Source of the DNA: Octopus sinensis
Taxonomy: Eukaryota
NCBI RefSeq assembly: GCF_006345805.1
Contig: NW_021825579.1
Location: 1-15,019, forward strand
Direction of reading: 5' to 3'
Length of the DNA: 15,019 nucleotides
The position numbers and the translations under genes are program-made. Below are positions 8,445-15,019 of this stretch, piece by piece. The notes below the pieces were generated by a model that did no database searches, had not been told where the DNA came from, and saw only the letters and a list, made by a program, of their open reading frames with translations. Position 1 is the first letter of the stretch, and every line of letters starts with the position of its first letter.

Positions 8445-9330
8445 GCCCTGATGCAGTACCAGGCAGTGGCTCTCATGGCTTCTGATCTTAACTGATTGGA
8501 AGTGTTATCATGTACATTGTTTTGTCTTGGTATAAAAGATGGGCTACAGCAAATATTCTGCTCAATACCACAGATTTGCTTGTCAGTTGTTTGACCATAA
8601 CCAGTTGAGCATGTCCCTTAGTGGCTGACGATATGTGCATCTCTGATCAGGAGCAGAAGTAGTGGGGGAGCATCAAATGCCCTGATGCAGTACCAGGCTG
8701 TGGCTCTCATGGCTTCTGATCTTAACTGATTGGTAGTGTTATCATGTACATTGTTTTGTCTTGGTATAAAAGATGGGTTACAACAATTATTCTGCTCAAT
8801 ACCACAGATTTGCTAATGCCCTGATGCAGTTGATTGCTAGTGTTATCATGTACATTGTTTTGTCTTGGTATAAAAGATGGGCTACAGCAAATATTCTGCT
8901 CAATACCACAGATTTGCTTGTCAGTTGTTTGACCTTAACCAGTTGAGTATGTCCCTTAGTGGCTGGCGATATGTGCATCTCTGATCACGTGCAGAAGTAG
9001 TGGGGGAACGTCATAGCCATGTGTTGAGAGGGATTCTTTGGGTTTGGATAAATTCCCCTCTGGAAACATGGGTGGTTCTTTCAACATCCTTAAACAACTT
9101 ATCAGGGACCTTTTGAGCAGCATGGGCTACTCCACCTGAAGAAATTCTAACTGGGCCCCACGCAGGTCATGTGCTGTTTATCTTGATATGAGATCACCAT
9201 GTCACGCAACATATGGTTGTGATGCATGTGCCTGGTGTACCTTTATCAGACGGGTAGTCATGATGGGTATATTGGGCTTCGTATATTTTACCCCAGTGTC
9301 ACTTTGATGGCATGAACTGCTCTCTCACTC
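8445..9330 (-). mobile_element. Tandem cluster of the ~549-bp element: one near-full copy (8818-9330) and two truncated copies (8679-8814, 8445-8675)
   Basis: aat-gccctgatgcag restarts at 8445, 8679 and 8818. (AAT)n at 8399-8444. Confidence 0.85.
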
Positions 9331-9531
9331 AATAATAATCACTAGGGCTTCATATAAAAACATTGGGTTGGTGTACCTATGGAATTGAAGGGCATAAACA
9401 AAAGATAATACTGAAAATTCTAACAATTAAAATCCTCCAAGATTGATATGGGGCTAAACAGCAAAAACATGTTTAGTTACAAATAATCTAAAGTAATGTT
9501 AATTACACGTAAAAAGCCCGAAAAACGTACA

Positions 9532-10868
9532 GGTGCTGGTGCCACGAAGAATGTGCTAGTGCTGGCACAACGTAGAAAGCACTAGTGCTGATGTCACGCA
9601 AGAAGCACTAGAACAGGTGTCACGTATAAAGAACTGATTATGGTGTCACTTAAAAGCAGTGGTGCTGGTCCCATATAAAAAAACAAAACGTAGGTGCTGG
9701 TGCTACATAAAAAGCAATGGTGCTGATTCCACGTATACAGCACTGGTGTTGGTACCACACACAAAGTACTGTGCTGGTTCCACTTCAAAAACGCTGGTGC
9801 TAGCATCACGCAAAAAGCAGTGGTGCTGATTCCACGTACACAGCACTGGTGTTGGTGCCACACACAAAGTACTGTGCTGGTTCCACTTCAAAAACGCTGG
9901 TGCTAGCATCACGCAAAAAGCAGTGGTGCTGATTCCACGTACACAGCACTGGTGTTGGTGCCACACACAAAGTACTGTGCTGGTTCCACTTCAAAAACGC
10001 TGGTGCTAGCATCACGCAAAAAGCAGTGGTGCTGATTCGACGTATACAGCACTGGTGTTGGTACCACACACAAAGTACTGTGCTGGTTCCACTGCAAAAA
10101 CGCTGGTGCTAGCATCACGCAAAAAGCAGTGGTGCTGATTCCACGTACACAGCACTGGTGTTGGTGCCACACACAAAGTACTGTGCTGGTTCCACTTCAA
10201 AAACGCTGGTGCTAGCATCATGCAAAAAGCAGTGGTGCTGATTCCACGTATACAGCACTGGTGTTGGTACCACACACAAAGTACTGTGCTGGTTCCACTG
10301 CAAAAACGCTGGTGCTAGCATCACGCAAAAAGCAGTGGTGCTGATTCCACGTATACAGCACTGGTGTTGGTACCACACACAAAGTACTGTGCTGGTTCCA
10401 CTTCAAAAACGCTGGTGCTAGCATCACGCAAAAAGCAGTGGTGCTGATTCCACGTATACAGCACTGGTGTTGGTACCACACACAAAGTACTGTGCTGGTT
10501 CCACTGCAAAAACGCTGGTGCTAGCATCACGCAAAAAGCAGTGGTGCTGGTCCATGTAAAAACCATTGGCACTGGTGTTGGTGCCACACACAAAGTACAG
10601 TGCTGGTTCCACTTCAAAAACGCTGGTGCTAGCATCACGCAAAAAGCAGTGGTGCTGATTCCACGTATACAACACTGGTGTTGGTGCCACACACAAAGTA
10701 CTGTGCTGGTTCCACTTCAAAAACGCTGGTGCTAGCATCACGCAAAAAGCTGTGGTGCCGGTCCATGTAAAAACCGTTGGTGCTGGTGCCACCTGAAAAA
10801 CTCTGGTGCTGGTGCTACGTATAAAACACAGGCGCTGATGCCACTTAAAAGACACTTGTGCTGGTGCC
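9532..10868. repeat. Minisatellite: ~26-bp monomers organised into a 103-bp four-monomer higher-order repeat (10 units, 9719-10753) with degenerate monomer flanks
   Basis: Unit ggtgctgattccacgtatacagcact/ggtgttggtaccacacacaaagtact/gtgctggttccacttcaaaaacgct/ggtgctagcatcacgcaaaaagcagt (26+26+25+26). Units start at 9719, 9822, 9925, 10028, 10131, 10234, 10337, 10440, 10543 (108-bp variant) and 10651. Confidence 0.95.
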
Positions 10869-11079
10869 TGTGCAGCTTTTGGCCCTGCTAGCTCTTGTTA
10901 AACTGTCCAAAGTGCATTTTCTGGTTTTGTTTAGCACACACAACCCACTTCTGCGGTTTTTTCCAGTAATAACGTATCCTATTGGAATCAAAAGGGCCAT
11001 ATAGCTCCTTGGAGCAGACATGATGCTAGCTGTGAATTTCAAAAGAAAATTCACGCCAATTTGTTAAAGATATTGTCGA

Positions 11080-11486
11080 AAATATGTCATCTTGAATTTG
11101 AACGCGATTTCCCAAACTGGCATGATTTTATCGATTTTTTCTGATGGTAAGGTATTGCATGGAAAACTAACGTCAGAATTAAGTTTCTTAGGGTAACATT
11201 AAGCTTCACCATGAGTTTGGTGAAAATCGATTGCAAGTTGCGAAAACTATAACGGAAAATGTGTTGCATATGATAAGCTTAGATTCTAGACCCCATGTCG
11301 AATTTATCGATTTTTTTCAGAACTGGGGGAACTTTTCAAAATTTTTGCTGCGTTAGTTTTGAATTATGACATTGGGCTATGTGTGTGTCAAGTTTCATCA
11401 GAATCGGTTGAAAGCCGTGGTCAGGATGAGGGTAAAAACCTGACAGACACACAGACAGACAAACTGCCGTTTATATAGAGAGAGAT
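11080..11486 (-). mobile_element. Probable non-autonomous Helitron/Helentron-like element end
   Basis: aagtttcatcagaatcggttgaaagccgtgg...(GACA)n...aaactgccgtttatatagagagagat resembles the microsatellite-bearing termini of invertebrate rolling-circle non-autonomous elements. The minus strand begins A|TC at 11486/11485. The lower boundary is uncertain. Confidence 0.5.
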
Positions 11487-11614
11487 ATATATGTGTGTGT
11501 AGAGAGAGAAAGAGAAAAAGAGAGAGTGAGAGGAGCAAAGTTGAGTATTATCTGTGTATTTGACAGCATTCACGATGTGCAATGTACTTGGCTCCTTATA
11601 AGTTAAAAGTTATA

Positions 11615-11802
11615 GGCGCAGGAGTGGCTGTGTGGTAAGTAGCTTGCTAACCAACCACATGGTTCCGGCTTCAGTCCCACTGCGTGGCATCTTGGGCAAG
11701 TGTCTTCTGCTATAGCCCCGGGCCGACCAATGCCTGTGATGGATTTGGTAGACGGAAACTGAAAGAAGCCTGTCGTATATATGTATATATTATATATATA
11801 TA

Positions 11803-11834
<32 letters not shown>

Positions 11835-11997
11835 GGCGCAGAGAGTCTGTGTGGTAAGTAGCTTGCTAACCAATCACATGGTTCCTGGTTCAGTCCCACT
11901 GCGTGGCATTTGGGCAAGTGTCTTCTGCTATAGCTCCGGGCCGACCAATGCCTTGTGAGTGGATTTGGTAGACGGAAACTGAAAGAAGCCTGTCGTA

Positions 11998-12036
<39 letters not shown>

Positions 12037-12470
12037 TATATATATATTATAGGCGCAAGAGTGGCTGTGTGGTAAGTAGCTTGCTAACCAACCACATGGT
12101 TTCAGGCTTCAGTCCCACTGCGTGGCATCTTGGGCAAGTGTCTTCTGCTATAGCCCCGGGCCGACCAATGCCTTGTGAGGGATTTGGTAGACGGAAACTG
12201 AAAGAAGCCTGTCGTATATATGTATATATATATATAAGTGTGTGTGTTATGGTTTGCGTGTCTGTGTTTGTCCCCCTAGCATTGCTTGACATCCGATGCT
12301 GGTGTGTTTACGTCCCCGTCACTAGCGGTTCGGCAAAAAGAGAACGATGGAATAAGTACTGGGCTTACAAAAAAGAATAAGTCCCGGGTCGATTTGCTCG
12401 AGACTAAGGCGGTGCCCAGCATGGCCGCAGTCAAATGACTGAAACAAGTAAAAGAGTAAAAGAGTAGAGT
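11615..12470 (+). mobile_element. SINE family A: two 5' halves (11615-11775, 11835-11995) plus one full copy (12052-12470), separated by (TA)n
   Basis: taggcgca starts each unit. Each half ends gaagcctgtcg(ta)n. Confidence 0.9.
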
Positions 12471-12762
12471 ATGTGTTTATTTTTTTTTTTTTGCTTGTTT
12501 TTCTCTAAGAAACTTTCTCGTCGCATCTTCACTAGCAAACAACAACAAACATTAGTAGGCGGAGTCAGAGGGTAACAAGCCTTCGTTGGACAATGGCTGA
12601 GCTGCTAGTAAAACACACAACATTATAAAAGGCGCCAGCCTGCCCACTACGTCTGTAATTATAGTGGTAGGCTGGCTGCCACATGGTGAACAAGCGATGA
12701 CCTGATAGATATCTCACTTGCCATAGCTTCTGGGCTTTATACGTTCCTATTTTTCATTCTTA

Positions 12763-12976
12763 TACTCTTTTACTTGTTTCAGTCATTTGACTGCGGCCAT
12801 GCTGGAGCACCACCTTTAGTCGAGCATTATATATAATATATATATTATTATTATATATATATATATATATTATATATATATATCTATAGATATATATATT
12901 ATTAGATATATATATATTATATTATATATATATATATATTATATTATATAATTATATTATATATATTATATATTAT

Positions 12977-13015
<39 letters not shown>

Positions 13016-13361
13016 ATATTATATATACATATACATATATATATATTATATATATTATTAATATTATATATATATATATATATTATTATATATATATATA
13101 TATAATTATATATATATGTAAAATATATATATATATACGACAGGCTTCTTTCAGTTTCCGTCTACCAAATCCACTCACAAGGCTTTAATATATATATATA
13201 TATATATACTATTTTACTCTTTTACTTGTTTCAGTCATTTGACTGCGGCCATGCTGGACCGCCTTTAGTCGAGCAAATCGACCCCGGGACTTACTCTTTA
13301 TAAGCCAGCAACTTATTCTATCGGTCTCTTTTGCAGAACCGCTAAGTGACGGGGACGTAAA
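12763..13361 (-). mobile_element. Fragmented SINE-A pieces (12763-12826, 13137-13187, 13208-13361) within long TA-rich tracts
   Basis: Two tail fragments tactcttttacttgtttcagtcatttgactgcggccatgctgg and one 5'-half fragment, with almost pure A/T at 12827-13136. Confidence 0.85.
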
Positions 13362-13424
13362 TCGGAAATGTTATGGATTATGAAGGATCATTGACCTTTA
13401 TTCACTACCCAAGTAAATCAATGT

Positions 13425-13779
13425 CGTGAAGGCGCAATGGCCCAGTGGTTAGGGCAGCGGACTCGCGGTCATTGGTGAGTGTTCATTGAGCGAAAACACC
13501 TAAAGCTCCACGAGGCTCCGGCAGGGGATGGTGATGATCCCTGCTGTACTCTTTCACCACAACTTTCTCTCACTCTTACTTCCTGTTTAATGTTGTACCT
13601 GTATTTCGAAGGGCCGGCCTTGTCACTCTCTGTTCACGCTGAATATCCCGAGAACTACGTTAAGGGTACACTTGTCTGTGGAGTGCTCAGCCACTTACAC
13701 GTAATTTCACGAGCAGGCTGTTTCGTTGATTCGGATCAACCGGAATCCTCGTCGTCGTAACCGATGGAGTGCTTCCAAC
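13425..13779 (+). mobile_element. SINE family C with 10-bp TSD; B-box region deleted
   Basis: Head cgtgaaggcgcaatggcccagtggttagggcagcggactcgcggtc (A box TGGCCCAGTGG). The body matches 6840-7225. AAATCAATGT is present at 13415-13424 and 13780-13789. Confidence 0.85.
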
Positions 13780-13850
13780 AAATCAATGTGTCCATTTATG
13801 ATGTGTTCAACAAAAACGTGATCAAGAAGGGGAATTCTGGCACCAGAATT

Positions 13851-14489
13851 GCCTTTCATCCTTTCGGGGTCGATAAATTAAGTACAGGTTACGCACTGGG
13901 GTCGATGTAATCGACTTATCCGTTTGTCTGTCCTTGTTCTGCCTGTCCGAGGTCGACTTTGCCTTTCATCCTTTCGGGGTCGATAAATTAAATACCAGTT
14001 ACGCACTGGGGTCGATGTAATCGACTTAATCCGTTTGTCCGTCCTTGTTCCGCCGAGGTCGACTTTGCCTTTCATCCTTTCGGGGTCGTTAAATTAAGTA
14101 CCAGTTACGCACGGGGGTCGATGTAATCGACTTAATCCGTTTCTCTGTCCTTGTTCCGAGAGGTCGACTTTGCCTTTCATCCTTTCGGGGTCGATAAATT
14201 AAGTACCAGTTACGCACTGGGGTCGATGTAATCGACTTAATACCTATGTCTGTCCATGTTTGTCCCCTCTATGTTTAGCCCCTTGTGGGTAATAACGAAA
14301 TAGGTATTGCGTCTGTCGTTGCGTTCTGAGTTCAAATTCCGCATAGGTCGACTAAGCCTTTCATCCTTTCGGGGTCGATAAATTAAGTACCAGTTACGCA
14401 CTGGGATCGATGTAATCGACTTAATCCGTTTGTCTGTCCTTGTTTGTCCCCTCTGTGTTTAGCCCCTTGTGGGTAATAAAGAAATAGGT
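13851..14489 (+). mobile_element. Tandem array of five SINE-B core copies
   Basis: gcctttcatcctttcggggtcg occurs at 13851, 13961, 14067, 14172 and 14356 (periods 110, 106, 105, 184). B-box-like gagttcaaattc lies near 14329. Confidence 0.9.
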
Positions 14490-14587
14490 AAAAATAAGTG
14501 ATATATTTCAAAGGGGAGAGTAGGGAATGGCTGGCAGCACGTTAAAAAAAGCGGAGCTGCAATGTATCAAGCACTGATATTAGATTA

Positions 14588-14794
<207 letters not shown>

Positions 14795-14945
14795 TTAAAA
14801 ACTGTTATTTGCATATCAATCCTTTAGTATTTAAGCTGGCCGTATCCAGCAGGTATTTGGAAATACCCTGCATAGTTATGGGATGCTCTTTGACAAGGTA
14901 TAGCACCCATTCAGCCACCCTGTCAGGCATACAGCAAAGTTATGG

Positions 14946-15019
14946 TCATTACATCATTGTTCGCATGGTCGAGACAATGGAATTTACCATGCTACGCCAG
15001 ACTTCACGGTCCATCATGG
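14946..15019 (-). mobile_element. 3' end of an RTE-clade LINE, running off the window
   Basis: The minus strand reads ATG ATG GAC CGT GAA GTC TGG CGT AGC ATG GTA AAT TCC ATT GTC TCG ACC (MMDREVWRSMVNSIVST), then a (TGA)-like tail. DRxxWR is typical of RTE ORF C-termini. Only ~70 bp is visible. Confidence 0.5.

Noticed and set aside
9238-9296. Possible hammerhead or HDV-like ribozyme near the 5' end of the 549-bp element (CUGAUAA, CGAAG, paired UACCC/GGUA and CUGGG/CCCAA arms)
   Set aside because: Hairpins are possible, but the cores deviate from CUGANGA/GAAA and I could not build stem II or the HDV double pseudoknot. An Infernal search would be needed.
9594-10855. Series of 87-143 aa Cys/His-rich ORFs; CRISPR-like regularity
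   Set aside because: The 103-bp period is not a multiple of 3, so the ORFs are frame-rotating artefacts. Units are contiguous near-identical repeats with no unique spacers and no cas genes.
13428-13470. tRNA-like sequences here and at 7150-7225, 11615-11680 and elsewhere
   Set aside because: These are SINE heads attached to repeat bodies. There is no complete cloverleaf.

Overview
Eukaryotic, very repeat-rich DNA. The repeat families look like coleoid cephalopod (probably Octopus); this is inferred from pattern recognition, not from a search. The window lies inside a minus-strand Meis/homothorax (TALE homeobox) gene. Two in-frame coding exons are visible, 14767-14612 (end of the MEINOX/HM domain) and 6600-6468 (S/T/N/Q-rich linker), joined across an 8,011-bp GT-AG intron. 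The homeobox exons are not in the window. Almost everything else is intronic repeat: at least three tRNA-type SINE families (called A, B and C here), an RTE-related non-autonomous element, a ~549-bp (ATT)n-tailed element and many microsatellites. There is also a 5'-truncated Tx1/L1-clade LINE inserted with a 15-bp target-site duplication into a GATA/GGAT microsatellite, and a 103-bp higher-order tandem array possibly carried by a Helitron-like element. Nearly all entries in the supplied ORF track are repeat artefacts. I found no CRISPR, rRNA or true tRNA gene. The best leads are possible microsatellite-targeted retrotransposition and tandem or multimeric propagation of short elements. I cannot establish from sequence alone that any of this is undescribed.
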